Below, piece after piece: positions 1-13,849 of a stretch of DNA of 64,000 bases; the stretch's first letter is position 1; each line of letters begins with the position of its first letter. Source of the stretch: Felis catus (Eukaryota). The DNA is taken from positions 167,898,001-167,962,000 of the forward strand of contig NC_058368.1 of NCBI RefSeq assembly GCF_018350175.1. Direction: 5' to 3'. Made by a program: the position numbers and the translations under genes. Below the pieces are notes generated by a model. That model was not told the DNA's origin, made no database searches, and worked only from the letters and a program-made list of their open reading frames with translations.

Positions 1-949
1 ATCATGGCTAAGCTCTGCCATGGCAATTGCAGAACACTCTCAACTGAGTTATGTAATGGAAGTACCTGCAGCAGTGAAAGTTATTCTAGTTCTTGGGTAG
101 AATGATAGATGCTCCAGAGTTTCCTCCAATGTGAAGCCACCAGGGACCTAGTTGCAAGCATGCGTTTTTATAGATACCTCAGCTAATGTAAAAGTCCTAA
201 TGCAAACTTTAGTGCTTGGGAACATTAAGTAGGTTTGGGATGCTTCCCCAGAGAGTTTTAGTTCCATTAACACAAGACTTGGTGGCTGAGCATGGATGTA
301 ATCCTGATCCCATGTTAGAGATAGAGAAAGAGAAATTCTTCACTGTCTTCAACTTAGCACTCACATTTCAAAAGATAAGAAGAACCTTTCAGTGTCAACA
401 GAACTAAAGATTCAAGTGGAACCTAATTTAGCATCTTGCACACACCCTTTCCCCCAAAAGAGCTCAAGTGGCAGAATATAGCTCAACTATTTCAACTGTA
501 AGAAGAGAAGAAGAGAGATTTTTTAGGCCTTATTCAGAGACTGTCATGACTGAAAGTTCTGTTGTTGAACTACTGTCCCTTAGTGGTTCTGACAGCCGGC
601 TCTCAAGTGGCAAAAGGATGCATCTCCTTGTGAAAATGTCTGTTGCCAACTTAGAGATGCCATGATGGTCACTGCCCATAGAAGTCCACTGTACACAGAT
701 GTTCCCATGTGGAATTTTCTACCTCTTGGCATAAGGCTAAAGTAGCAATACCAGCAAATATGCTGAGCTTGCATAATTGTCCACAGGGTGTCTAACATTC
801 CCTCACTAGGCCTTTCCCTACCACCATGGTCCATCAAATCATATAAAGCAGGCTCTAAAAAAACAAAAACAAAAGCCCAAACCACGACTGTTCTCCTGGA
901 GAGTTCAAAAAAGAGGTGACGGGATCTCCACGGACATTTAAGGCTTCCC

Positions 950-1450
950 AGAGATAGATCCCACCATTATTTTCACCTCAATACCAGCCCCTCTCCATTC
1001 CAGACCACCACCAGTTCTGCCAAGTATTTCTGCAACATTTACTCAGTCATCCCTTTTTCTCCATCCAGTCTTTTTTTTCCGTTTCCTTTCTTCCCCCGCC
1101 CCCCCCCCCAATCCAGCCCAATCATTCTAGGTGAACTTCCCATCTCTGCTACATCCTCTCTTCAATCTGTCTCCTATTCAGTGGTCAGGAAACTATGACC
1201 AAGGGCTGGCTCCTGCCTTCTGCCTGTTGCTGTATATGAAGTTTAATCAGAACACAGCCACACTCATTCATTTATGTATTCTCTATGGCTGCTTTCATGC
1301 TACAGTGGAGACAGAGACCACGTGGCTCACAAAACCTAAATTATTTACAATCTGGCCCTTTATAGAAAAAGTTCACTATTGCCAGGATGAGTTTGATTAA
1401 AAGTATAAATCTGATCACACTGCTTCCATGCTTAAAAGATTTTTGTGGCT
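950..1450 (+). mobile_element. L2 LINE remnant, interrupted by a MER58-like element
   Basis: Pyrimidine-rich L2-like text ('ccaccaccagttctgccaag..', 'aaatctgatcacactgcttccatgcttaaaa'); degenerate, boundaries approximate. Confidence 0.5.
1179..1385 (+). mobile_element. MER58-like hAT-Charlie MITE
   Basis: 'gaacacagccacactcattcatttatgtattctctatggctgctttcatgctaca...tctggccctttatagaaaaagtt' matches recalled MER58 core. Confidence 0.75.
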
Positions 1451-1990
1451 ACATTTGGTAGTGAGGGACCAAACTGTAGTTGCCAAATACAGTATTTCTG
1501 GCCCACTAAATAAACTCCTGATCTTGAAGGTGACTTGCACATACGCATCTTCTTTATTTCCTAACACTTAACATATTGTTCTATTCGCATTCATCTCTTG
1601 GTATTTCATTCATGCATCTATCTACAGATACGGTTGCCTAGCTAAGTTATAAGAAATTGGCTTAAACTTAACAGGATTAAACTTTCAAATGAACATAATG
1701 AAGATTTTACGCTGCTATTTATATTGAGGCTACTGTTATTTCAAAATAGTTTGAGAATTTCTCCTAGATGCCTGCCTTCAGAATCCCTTTATATTCATAC
1801 AAGGAAAAGAATTTTAGGAGTTTGCAGTCATATCTCATTTTAAGTTAAATAAAAAGTCACTATCCAGCTTCATCACCAAGTTTATTCTAAATGAAATCTG
1901 ACCTTAAAGGGAAAAATGTCTGCCAATGATGGTAGGTAATAAATAGTTTACAGCAGGCTTTAAATGCAATTTTAAAAAGGGACACTCTCA

Positions 1991-2222
1991 GGGCACCTGG
2001 GGGGCTCAGTAGGCTAAGCATCTGACTTCAGCTCAGGTCATGATCTCATGGTTCGTGAGTTCAAGCCCCACATCAGGCTCTGTGTGATCACATGGAGCCT
2101 GCCTGGGATTCTCTCTCTCCCTCTCTCTTTCTGTCTCTCTGTCTCTGTCTCTCTCCCTGTCCCTCCCCTGCTTGTGTTTCTGACTCTCTCAAAATAAATA
2201 AATAAACTTAAAAAAATTATTT
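1991..2222 (+). mobile_element. CAN-SINE inserted into the 5' junction of an older SINE
   Basis: tRNA-like head gggcacctgg, CT-rich body, A tail; imperfect TSD aaaaagggacactctca (1974-1990) / aaaaatggggcactctca (2225-2242). Confidence 0.95.
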
Positions 2223-2230
2223 AAAAAAAT

Positions 2231-2408
2231 GGGGCACTCTCACAGTTTGTGAGTTTGAGCCCTGCATCGGGCTCACTGCTGTCAGCGCAGAGCCTGCTTC
2301 AGATCTTCTGTCCACTCCCCAACTTGTTCTCTCTCTGTCTCTCTGTCTCTCTCTCTCCCTTCCTCCCTCCCTCCCTCCCTCTCAAAAATAAATAAACATT
2401 TAAAAAAG
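2231..2408 (+). mobile_element. CAN-SINE with internal 5' deletion (A box lost)
   Basis: ggggcac joined directly to tctcacagtttgtgagtttgagccc; CT tract, aataaa tail; outer TSD 1963-1979 / 2409-2425. Confidence 0.9.
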
Positions 2409-2559
2409 AATGTAATTTAAAAAAGAGAAATTTCAAAAATATTTTCAGTGAAGGCAGCCATCTTGAAAGAAATACTTCTGTTAGGCTGTTAACTTTGATG
2501 GGAACACTCTGTGGTCCAGAACATATTTTTTGTTTAATGAAATGACACTGTGTAAAGGA

Positions 2560-3718
2560 TGGAATACCCAATAAGTGGTTAGCTACATTTAAAAAAAAAA
2601 ATTGGATTCAGGTAGATAACAGACCTAGGTATAAAAACAAATTACAACTTTTAGGAGAAAATGATCTTCCTAAATTTTGGATGGGGAAGGGCTCTAAAAG
2701 ACAAAATAGAAGAAACAAAGCAAAAGATGATAAATTCAACTCCATTAAAACGAAAAACTTGTTCATGAAGATACCATACATAAACTCAAGTCAGAATGTA
2801 GATTTAAAGAAGGTATTTGCAAAGCATACAACTGACAAAAGATGAACATCTCGATGGCCTAAGAATGACTGTAAACCAGTAAGATAAAAGCAATCTCCTA
2901 AAACAGGGGGAAAAAAGATATGAACAGGCAATCCAAAATAAGATTGGACTTGAAGTTCCAATAAACATTCCTAAAGATTCTCTACCTCATCATAAATCAA
3001 GTAAATACAAATTAAAGTCATAATGAGATATCATCTCACACCAATCACATTGGCAAACATTAAAAAAATCTGCAACACCAAGTGTTGGCAGGGATACTGA
3101 GCAATGAGAAATCTTATACCTGATGGTAGGAGTGTAAATTAGCACAACTTTGAGAGCAAATTGGCAGTATCTAATAAAGCTAAAGATGCACTCCTACATT
3201 TATTCTTAGACACAAAGATACACACACCCACAGAAGGATATTCATTGCAGCACTGTTTGTAACAGAAAAGAGAAAAATCACCTTAATGTCCTTCAACTGA
3301 AGAGTGGAAAATTAAGTTGGGGCTGTTTACAGAATGGAAAAATGAATGAATTAAGACACATATACCAACGTGGATAAATCTTGGAGGTATAATGCTGAAT
3401 AATAACCAAAAAATAAGTGAGAAGCAGAATATGTATGTATTAAAAAAACACACATATAAAAATTTAAAACCTGCAAAGGAACAATCAATTATATTGTTCA
3501 GTGATACATACAAATGAAGCAAAAGTACATAGATGTGTGTGAGAATGATAAATACTAAAATCAGGAGAGTGGTTACTTTTGGAGGAGGAAGGAAGGCATG
3601 TAATTAGGGACTTTAATTGCATCTGTAATCATTTGTTTTTTTAAGCTAAGGTGTATTGATGTTTCTATACTATTCTCTATGCTTTTCTGAATACCTGGAA
3701 TTTTCACAATTTAAAAAG
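2560..3718 (+). mobile_element. Old L1 (L1M-type) 3' ORF2 + 3' UTR remnant
   Basis: 'aatgagatatcatctcacaccaatcacattggcaaac..caacaccaagtgttggcaggg' and 'ggatattcattgcagcactgtttgtaacag' are typical of the L1 ORF2 end; ORF broken. Confidence 0.85.
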
Positions 3719-4179
3719 TCAATCACTTTGAAGACCATTATTATTGAAGGAAGTTGCCATAACATCTACCTCCAAAATATAAATCTAACAGCCAGACATA
3801 TTCCAGTCCCTGAACATGGGAATATCTCATAAACTGGTGAGATTTTAAACTACTCAAACAGGGTTTTCAGTCCTAGAATTAGAATTTAAAGGTTGGCCAG
3901 TCTAACCCTCTCCCATTTACAAGTAGGAAATGGCAGGAATAACTCAGTCAGTATTGTCTATTGGCCAGTGACAGGGTTAGAGCAGTTGGGTCCGTACCCT
4001 AGTGGCTACAACCACAGACACAGAGTGTAATTAAACAGAGGGATTCTCAAGCACAATATCCAACATTCCAGTATTATTACTTTTGTCAATCTTACTTAAG
4101 CTTGAATCACAACTATGTATCTTGAAACCTTCATTAAGGACAGGAGCCCCTGGATACATTCTGGACTTGAGATGGCTCT

Positions 4180-4425
4180 GTATTATGACAGTTCTTATTT
4201 ATCAAATGAAAACAGTGAGGTACAAAACAGAATGTATAATACAGAGCCACTTTATAAAAAAAGAAGGGAAACAAGAATATTGTATTTGTTTGGCTCACAT
4301 ATGCAGAAAAATACCCACAGAGGATAAACCCAAACAGCAGTAAGCTGTTAGCAGGAATGGGTACTGGGCAGAGCAGGTGACATGATTCGGAAGGTGACTT
4401 TTCACTATATACATTTTTATACCTC
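4180..4425 (+). mobile_element. Old L1 3' end fragment
   Basis: Resembles L1ME-type 3' UTR ('cagaatgtataatacagagccacttta..gacttttcactatatac'). Confidence 0.45.
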
Positions 4426-5699
4426 CTCTATTATGAAAGATACATCGTTTTTCTCACTTTCTTCTCTCAATGAACTCCAGTTCCAGCTTCTTTTCATGCC
4501 TGCATGACTTTTTCATAGACTTATCAGAAAAGGATGGTGATGGTCAGGGCCTGACAGGTGGAATACAATAGCCATTACCTTGGCAATGCTATAGACCCAA
4601 ATTTCAAGAGCTCAGCCTCTCATGTACTAAGACTTTCGTTTTCACTCCAGAGTTCAGGTGCTTAATGCCTACTGCTTTTTGCAATTAAGTAAAGCTCTCT
4701 AAGCTCTGGCAGGTAACATGGTGCAGGCTTTGCCTGGGCTGTGAGGTGCTCAGGTTCCTTTTGGTGTCTGGAATATGTCTGCCAGCCCACTTGGCAAGCA
4801 TGTCATACCTTGAGCCCTAGCTCCTGATGCTTACTGGCTCTCATTATCCTGACTTGTTTGGCTGACCTTGACCCTGTGCTGCTGATTCTCACTAGGATAT
4901 CTATGCTAAGCTTCTTTCTCCTCTCTTCTCACCCATCTCACCTACTGATCCCAAAAATGTGAAGTTCTTCCTGATGTATTTTTCTGTTACGATCACTGTC
5001 GCCACTCAGATGGAAGCTATTTCTTCCTTAACTTTAAATTTGTTTTCTTCCTCTACAGCTCCTTTCTGAAGCACAGGGTTCTAGATGATGGCTTTAAGAA
5101 AATTCATGACCATTGAGAGATCTCTAGACTGAGGATCTAAGACTCCCAGGCTGGATTGGAAGAATACCTTCTCTGGTCCTTACTTCCTCAACTCAAAAAT
5201 GAGCAATTTAGTAGACATTATCTATAAGGCTTATCACAGAGCTAAAATTCTATCACTTTCCTTTTTTTAAAAAAAATTTATTCTACCTCCTTCTAGCTCT
5301 GTTCCTTCTCCTACCTAAATGTTTCAAACATGCTCTGAACAGAACAGATGTGTTTGGACACATGTACCCATGATTTAATCTCATAGAAATATATCAGAGA
5401 CGACTAAAAAGATCGGAAACATAAAGGAACAAATGGGAATTGTTGCCTGCCAACTTTCCTCATGGGAAAAAGGCATTCTCTCCCAGAGAGAGAGGTATTA
5501 TGGCTATAAAACAGTCTTCATTTTCTCATAAGGGCATTGTCTTATATAAATTTTTTAAAGATATGATGTAATAGAGAAGTAAGCCTTTTGAAAGTATCTT
5601 ATTTTTAACTTTAACATATAGCATCCATTCGTTTAGCACACACTAAGATATTTTCTGAGCACATAATCATCTAAGTAACGAGTTCTCCTTAACTAATTT

Positions 5700-6230
5700 G
5701 TATTTTTAATCACCACTGTCATCTTGTGGGAGTCACCTCAGAGTTCTTCTTTCCCTTGGCAACAAGTCCAACCAACCACTAAATCTTGACTCAACCTCCA
5801 TAAGAGACCTTGAACTACCCACTTCTCCACAGCTCCCTTGCCCACCCACCCATCTCTTGTCTAACCTTTAAAAGTCTTGAGGTGACCTCTCTGCCCTCAG
5901 GCCATCTTCATCTCCCTCCACAGAGTAGCCAAAGCAACTTTTTAAAGCCCATACCTGGCTGCACCACTCCCCAGGAAACACTCTTCAGTGTCATATCGAT
6001 GGCTTGCAAATCAAATATACACTCCTTCCCTAGCTTTCAAGCATGTAGGATTTGGTTCCTGTCCACCTTTCCATCATTATCAATCTATATGAGCTTGATC
6101 AAGTTATGGAATCTCTCTTTACATTATAATTTTTATGCTATCAAATGCAGCTAAAGAGCAGAACCTTCCTGTAAAGTGCTTATGACACTTCTTGATACAC
6201 AGCAAGCACTCAGTAAGTGTTAACTATCTG
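5700..6230 (+). mobile_element. L2 remnant
   Basis: 'ctccacagagtagccaaagcaactttttaaagc' and L2/MIR-type end 'cacagcaagcactcagtaagtgtt'. Confidence 0.55.
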
Positions 6231-6369
6231 AACATTTTACAGTCAGTAGACTCAGAGAACATCCACTGTGTGTATGATACTAGGCTAGGCACCTCAAAAA
6301 AACTAGTAAACTCTTTCTAGGACTTCTTCCACTATACACCCTTTTCTCATTGCTATGCCAACAAGGAGA

Positions 6370-7060
6370 TTACTACATTTAACTAAACTATATAAAGTCT
6401 TACACTTGGGTTAAAATATCAATAGCACTAAAAATGGCTTAGGGCATTTCACAGTTCATGGAAAAAGACCTTATGAATTTTAGGTGACTGCAAGCATGTA
6501 AGAGAAAAGACCCTGGTGGTTTCCAGGCTGCTTCCCTATCCCAATGCACACATAGAAAACAATCTAAAGAAATATTAAACCATGATACTATTTAGAACTA
6601 AAGCAAGAGAAGCCACATGTTGCACTGGTCAGGTAACACTCGGTTTTATTCTAGGCACTATATTATAATAGCAGGATTCACATGTGACTTAAGGATGAAT
6701 TTGGGACAAGTAGGAAGGTAAAGGGCCTGCAAACAATGTATGAGATAGTTAAGAGAACCGAGGTAATTAGCCTGGGGAAGGAAAGACCTGACAGAGAGGA
6801 TGGATGAGATATTTCAAATATTTGAAAAGTCTTTTTTATAGAAAACACATTACATAGGTCTTAATGAGCAGAGTTAGACCCAAAGTATAGAAGTCACAAG
6901 GAAGAAGACCTGAATTTTCCTTATTAGGACTACTCAAAAAATAGGAGGAAAATACTTAGAGGAGTAACAAATGGCCCTTCACAGGAAAAGTTTTAAGCAC
7001 AGGCTGAATGATCATCTTCTAAGGACCATGAGGAAAGAATTTCCTTTTTGGACAAGAGAG
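6370..7060 (+). mobile_element. CR1/L3 LINE 3' remnant
   Basis: 'taaagtcttacacttggg', 'gaaaaagacctt', 'tatttcaaatatttgaa', 'ttttaagcacaggctgaatgatcatct' resemble the L3 3' region. Confidence 0.65.
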
Positions 7061-7064
7061 GGTA

Positions 7065-7290
7065 ATAGATAATATTTACTAAGCACTTAATGATGTGTTA
7101 AGGGCTTTACAAAATTACTCACTTAATCCTCACAATAACTCTGTGAGATAGATACCATCATTTTGCCGATGAGAAAGTTGATACAGGTTAAGTGACTTGC
7201 CTATAGTCCAACAGAAAACAGTTGAAACAGGAATCAAGTACAGGCTGCTTAAGTCCAGAATTTGGACTCTTAGCCTCCATGCTACACAAC
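7065..7290 (-). mobile_element. MIR
   Basis: 'ttaatcctcacaataactctgtgagatagatacc..cattttgccgatgagaaa..ggttaagtgacttgcc' is the MIR core, reverse orientation. Confidence 0.8.
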
Positions 7291-8979
7291 TTCTAAACCA
7301 GCTGATTTCTGAATGTTTCCACCTGTAATTCCCGTGTTTCCATCTCTCACCCCTTTTTGCAGTCACTTGTTAACTGGCATCCCATGTGCCTATAATTTCC
7401 TATTACTAAGATCTGTCAGAAAAGGAAATTTTACTGGAATAGATGAATGTGTACCATTTCCTGGAGATATACAGGAATTCATAGGTAGGAGACATAGCTG
7501 CAGCAGAAGGGAAACGTTAATCTATACAAACTCTGCAAGAAAAAGACTCTGTAATCAAAAAGGACCCTATTAGATATCCCTGTGCTTATTCATAAGGAGA
7601 ATTATTGGGATGGTTTTAGATATGCAATCATTTAAAATATACAATACTTAAGAAAGAGATCCACGAGAAAAAACCAAAAGGTATAGCAACCTTTACAAAT
7701 ATCTTCTTCTTGCCATTAGATAAAAAAAATGGTAATTGTAGGTAATTATTAAGACTGGTAACATTCTGAAAATAGAATTACTACACAATATTCCCCATAA
7801 GGAGAGAGTTGATAAAGTAAAATTTTTTGGAGTATTTTGAGATCCAGATAAAAATGGGGTGGATAAATGAGATAATGACAAAGAGCAAAACACCCCACAG
7901 AATGCACAGATATCTGTTCTGATAAAAACTTCTGGGTGTATTGCTATGCTCAAATGTCTCAGATGGTCTCATCTGGCACAATTTGCAGTGACAGTAAAAA
8001 ATACAATTTGCTCATTTAGAACATGTTTTAGAGCTGGGTGAGAAATAATTTCCCTAAATTGAATATTTGGGAACCAATTACAACCCCAAATCTGCTATTA
8101 ACCTCAAAATAGGTAATTGCAAGTTTGTGTCTAAATCCATTTGTCATAATGGAGCAAATTAAGAATCACGTGATGGACGTGATTAATGTGTGACAGTTAT
8201 CATGAACACCATGAGCCAAACTAATAACAACATCAAAGAGAGATTCCAAATGTGATGCAGCCATGAAGGCAAAACTAATTTTCAAATTATAATAGCAACA
8301 TCCAAGAAAACTAATGTTTTCTTTGTGTGACAGTCACGGCTGGGCATCTGGAGGATGGCCGTCCACTAATGTCCCAATAAATGGCAGGCACACACTGGAA
8401 AGGTTGTCCTCATGTGGTGAGCTGAGCACAGTGGTTGCTGCTGCTGTCATAATGGACCAGACATGCAGTGGGTCACAGGGTGCTGGAAAAAAGGAAGTCT
8501 CATTACAGGCTCGGGCTCAGGGCTCTATGTGCCTGTCAGTTCTGACTTACACTGCAGAAACACATTTTCAATTCCTATAAGTAATATTCCTGCTTTATTC
8601 TTGTGCAACATTTCTTCCCGATTTTTCTGTTGAGAGAATACCAGAAGACTTGGAAAATACTTGGGAGTGTTACAGCAAGAACGTGCATTAGGCAATAGCC
8701 ACCTTGGAGTTAAGATAGAAAACTGCCTGTGGCTTCTGTGAGAACAGGGGCTCTAGCTGATGTCACTTGATACCTGGAGGGAGCACTCAGCCTGGCAGCC
8801 ACTGGCAGGCCTGGTGCTGCCAGGTGAACCACACAGGAAAGGGCAATGACCTTACTCTACCAGCCTGAGTGCCATGAGATCAGAAAGAAAGTCTTTCTCA
8901 TCTTCACATCCCTGGCACCAAACATGGTGTCTGGAGTAGACGGCCAAGAAAAAAGGATGCATTACATATGAGAGTTAAG

Positions 8980-9140
8980 CAAATAGGCTTGGAATCCTGG
9001 CTCTGCCATTGATGAACCTCTGACACTGGGCAACTTATTTCAGTTAAGTCTCCATTTTTCCTTTGCAAAAATGAAAAACAATTGTGAGGATTAAATTAAA
9101 TAATGAATAAAGCAGTTAGTACATAGTGGTGCTAAAAACT
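8980..9140 (+). mobile_element. MIR
   Basis: 'gaatcctggctctgcca..ctgggcaacttattt..gcaaaaatg..ttgtgaggattaaat'. Confidence 0.7.
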
Positions 9141-9719
9141 GCATCAAGTACATTTTAATGATGAAAGCTGCCTAGAAGTATGAGGTAAGGGAAGCCAGAG
9201 AAAAAGCCCAGCGTAGTCACTTTTCATAGATCAAAGATAGCAACAAAAGTTTCCCACATAGTGCTCTAGGGGGTGAATAGAAATAACCTGTGCTTGTCTA
9301 AAGTACTTAGAGAAAAATCTAATTGGCTTTTTGGCATTTTTCTTGTAATGGCTAAAACTTTTTCCCCCAAAACAGTAAATTCTCATGAGAATAAACATTG
9401 ATTAGAATTAATATTTCTTGCCTGGTTTTAGCCCAACACGTTTCTTAAAATCTTGACTACTTTAACACTTGTAAAAACTCAAGGACAGGAATACACATAC
9501 GTTTAAAAAAAAAAAGCAAACTCCTTTTTACTTTTAGTCAGTTGGTATATGTAAGAATATATCTGCCAATTTAAGTGTCAAAACATAAAATCATTGATGG
9601 CTCCTCTTTTTCAAACATTTTTACATTTACTCCTTGCATTCTTCTGTAATGACCTTTATATGATTTTATCTCTTCGGATAAGATAAAAATTGGATTTTTT
9701 TTACATTGCTAATAGTCTT

Positions 9720-9923
9720 TTTTTTTAGTGTTATTTATTTTTGAGAGAGAAACAGAGTGAGAACAGGAGAGGGGCAGACAGTGAGAGAGAGAGAGACAGA
9801 ATTGAATTCCAGACTCTGAGCTGTCACAGCACACAGCCCAACAGGGTCTTGAACCCATGAGCCATGAGATCATGACCTGAGCTGAAGCTGGACGCTTAAC
9901 CAACTGAGCCACTCATGTGCCCC
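9720..9923 (-). mobile_element. CAN-SINE
   Basis: T tail, GA tract, 'gagatcatgacctgagctgaag..caactgagccac..gcccc'; degenerate TSD cattgct.a.agtctt. Confidence 0.95.
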
Positions 9924-12852
9924 TGCATTGCTCACAGTCTTAAAACTCAGGATATTTTAGGTGTTGGCAGTTTTCCACATCTGCCCCCAACATTACTGCA
10001 ACTATCTTAGTAACATGTCGGAGGATAAACAGCATTATTAGTTATTTGGAGACTCCAGTCACAGAGTTGGTTAGAAATGATGAGTATTTTAATACAATTG
10101 TTTTTTACTGAAAGATTGTGCAAAAAGGACTATTAGGTCTTTGAGGAGCTCTACGAATTACAGTTTTCTGATGTATGTCAAATTTTGGGTTCTAGAATGT
10201 GTCTTTTACTATATCATCAAATAGCATAGACAATCAAATGATGTGTTCAGTAGTTTTGTTTAAAACATTGGCCTGTTTCCAAAACTTGGACCTGGAATAA
10301 GTAATAAGAGATGAAACTGAGGTTGTTCAAACTATTTCAATGGCATAAATGGGCTATTAAAACATATTTAGACTTTACTGGGTGTGTGAATCTGATTTAG
10401 CCTAAAGAGGTCCAGCTTTTCTTAGAACAGGCAATAAGTTAATCTGACTTTCCTGATGCATAATATATAAATATTCAATTGATATAACAAGGTGAAATCC
10501 ATATGTATGTCTTGTGATTTGTGATTATAACTTTCTAAGAAACACTACTCTGGTGCCACAGCACAATGTCTGTCTCATCAGACACAAAGACTGGACAGAT
10601 AGGAGACATGAACTGTCTGTCACTCCCTCCGTAATTCTCCTTACTTACTCTGCCTAAGCTCTCTGTCATCTCACATGCTGGTCATCTCTTCTCCTTAACC
10701 CTATCATCTGCCCCCTGACAACACATTTCTTTCTACTTCGTTTTCCAATTTGAAACTGCTGTGTTCCTCCAGACTCAGCCCTCCTCCTTCACTCTCAGTA
10801 CGTATCCTCTTCTCAAAGGCCAATGTCCTTGATGCATTCAACTATGGCTTCTATGTGGGCAAGTTGGAATGTTTCTTTATGAAATGTTAAAATGCAAGGA
10901 ATCTCAGGACTCTCTTATTTTATACATAAGAAATGGAATTTGGAAGCCATGAAGTCACTTGACTAAACCGACCCACCTAGTTGGCATCAGGGAGGGCAGC
11001 AGAACATAGGTCTCTGCCAACTCCAGTTGTCTGCTCTCTAACTATACAATACTGCATCCATTTTTAGCCTTGGTATCTCATTTGATCTAATGTATTTCTA
11101 CCTTCTTACTGGATATCACATTTAAAATGTCCAAAACCAGATTGTTGACCTTCTGTCCCAAGCCAGATCCCATGACATCTTTTTTACTAATCATATTTCA
11201 CTCTCCAGGGTATCCTAGCAGGAATCTTTAGATCACTATTGACTCCTTCCTTTAATCTGCTAAATATAATTAATAAGAGATCTTTGGTACAGAGATTATA
11301 TAGAAATATACCCATCTTTCAAGGACAAGTGTGAATACTAGCTCTTCAACCAAGCTTTCCAAGGTCATCAACTTACACTGATTTCTCTTTCCTCTGAAAT
11401 CGTAGAGCATTGCCCGAGTTTACCAATTATTTTGAAACTTAGTCATATATCTTACTGTGTCACTAATTACCAAACTTTAATAAACTTTTTTGCATTTCTC
11501 ATAAGACCTAGAAAAGTTCATGCATATAGTAGGTACTTAATAAATCCTCATTCTTGGATCATATTTCTTTGTAACTTGTTATTGGCTGACATATCTCTAA
11601 AATATGAATAAGATGCTTAAAAGTATTATCTGATAGTTTTGAATATTAAAACAAAGAAACTGAGTTCTGAATAAATATTTCTCTTAGAAGAGCATCTTAT
11701 TTAATATAGGATTTCCAAGGGAGCAGAAGGTAAATAACAGGCACAAAATAAAATGGATATAAAATAACTCTATCGAGTATTATGGATATTACCAAAATGG
11801 GGGCATTTAAATAAATATTTTTCCTGACACATATTTGAAACACACAAAAATAATTTAAAATAGCAACAGCTTTAAGAGGTCAGTGCTGTCTCATTAGGAA
11901 AGATCAGTTCAGAAAATAGGCTGACTTGTGCACTGAATAGCAGTCACTCAGGCTGCAGGGTGATGGAAGGTGCACTGTTACAGAGTGCAGGGGTGCTCAG
12001 AAGGAAAACATCCCATTCCAATTTCCCACATCTAACTTGGGGAATCACTAGCAGGCAAAGACAGATGATTTAATTGTTCAGACTGGTACACAGGAGAATG
12101 ACAACCTCAAAAGTAAAGAATTGTTTTCCCCCTCCTAATTAGTCAAAGAAAGTTGACATACCATGGCATATTCATGAGTCTACAGGAGAGGAAACAGATT
12201 TTAAAAGGAGAGATGAATGAAAAGATAGCAGATGGAGAGAAAATGGTTTTGATCACAGGAATGAAGGGAAATTGAGATAAACTAGAATCAGAAAGCTGAA
12301 ATGGTTAGCACAAAATTAATAAATGTGGAAAACAGAAAAGAAGTGGAAGAAGGGTAATTATGGAAAACTTTCTCATTTTTATTATTATCTATAAAATTAG
12401 GCTCAAGGAACTGACTATACATTGTGCAATGACTTCTCTGATACAAAATAGACTTTAAAGCCAGAGATTTACTCCAGAAGCCACACGGGAAATTTAATCT
12501 CATTAATTTACTGATAGACTTTAGATATGTTAAGTATGGAACACATAATGCATTTTGAAAACTGACTCTCTAAATTTTATGCAACTTCAAGGAAATATAT
12601 ATATTTTCTAATTACAAAGCCACTTCTCACAAGTAAATCTTGACAACTAGTAAACTATAAGGAATTTCATTTTTTTATTATATTTGTTGATATTTGTTAA
12701 TTTGAAAATAAAATTTGTTATATTTGTTGATATATATTTGTTTGATATTTTATTTCCAATAAGTAATAGCCGTTTATATCAACAAAATTAATGCATTAAG
12801 TAGGAGGAAATACTTGTCCAAAAGAGCCACAAATTCAATACATTTCACGAAA

Positions 12853-12882
12853 TCATTCTCTCTTGCACCTGACTAACCTAGT
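12853..12882 (-). CDS. Candidate terminal coding exon (TRLVRCKRE*), unrecognised
   Basis: Strong minus-strand acceptor ttctaatttttttttcctctacag|; phase-0 reading reaches TGA; AATAAA on minus strand at 12749-12754. No homology recognised. Confidence 0.2.
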   Translation of the reverse strand, partial: TRLVRCKRE

Positions 12883-13849
12883 CTGTAGAGGAAAAAAAAA
12901 TTAGAACGGATAATACCAGCAGCACGAGTATGTGATTTTTTAAAAACAAATAACTAAGAAAGATTACAAAGACGTTCCATTTTTAAAAACTAATAACTAA
13001 GAAAGATCACAAAAATGCTTCAGTTTGCCACAAACTGATTCTGAAACCCTCTTTAATGTTGATTTTGCAATCAGAGTAGAGGCAGCTCAGAGCCAGCGCA
13101 GCTCCCAGTGACAGGAGTCTCCGAAGGAGATGAATGAGATCATCCTATTGATAAGGTCGCAATCGATCTGAAGCAGACCTTTTTTAAATTAGCAAAATGT
13201 TGCAGCACTTTAGGGAGTGTCAGCAACCGCCTTTCTCCATGAAAAATGTACTGGCTTATGGAAAACTAATTTTTTAAATTAAAAATTTGTCTTATAACAA
13301 AAAAAGTGTTGCTGCACCTATTTCCCCCCAATTCTTTAGTAGCTCAGACATGCATTCTCAAGGCAGCCTACTCTTACATCTGGTTTCAGAACAGCCCACC
13401 TCCCAAAAATCTTGTAGAATTAAGTTGTGCTCACTAATTAAAATCAATGTCTGTGGCTAAGTGTGTCAAAAGAAAGATTCCTCAAAATACTAATAGATAT
13501 CAATCTTAAATACAATTGTGATCCCATCAAAATGAAAACATCTTTAGCATTACTTGGAATGACTAACTCAAAACCAATGACCTCTTGAATTAATCTGAAG
13601 AAAGCAAACCAATGGCTTCAGTTTTCTTGGGAAGAAGAAAGTGGGCAGAGAAGGAATGCTTAGATTGTGAAGGGGTTGACATTAAAGCCATCAACAACTT
13701 AACCATCCTGTGGCAAGAGAAGTTGATTTCTTTTTCCTTCAAGTAAAGATTATTATAGAAACTCTTCCAGATGTCTACACACATGATGAATAGATACATA
13801 CAGTTAATTTTGGTAATGCCTTTAGAAAAGCCATTCACAATGTGAAAAA

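Noticed and set aside
580..885. 101-aa minus-strand ORF with a T-rich acceptor near 856
   Set aside because: No recognisable protein and no link to other exon candidates; the first 900 bp remain unexplained
7693..7981. Two overlapping hydrophobic minus-strand ORFs that look like membrane protein
   Set aside because: Explained by T-rich codons opposite an A-rich strand; no splice framing or recognised family
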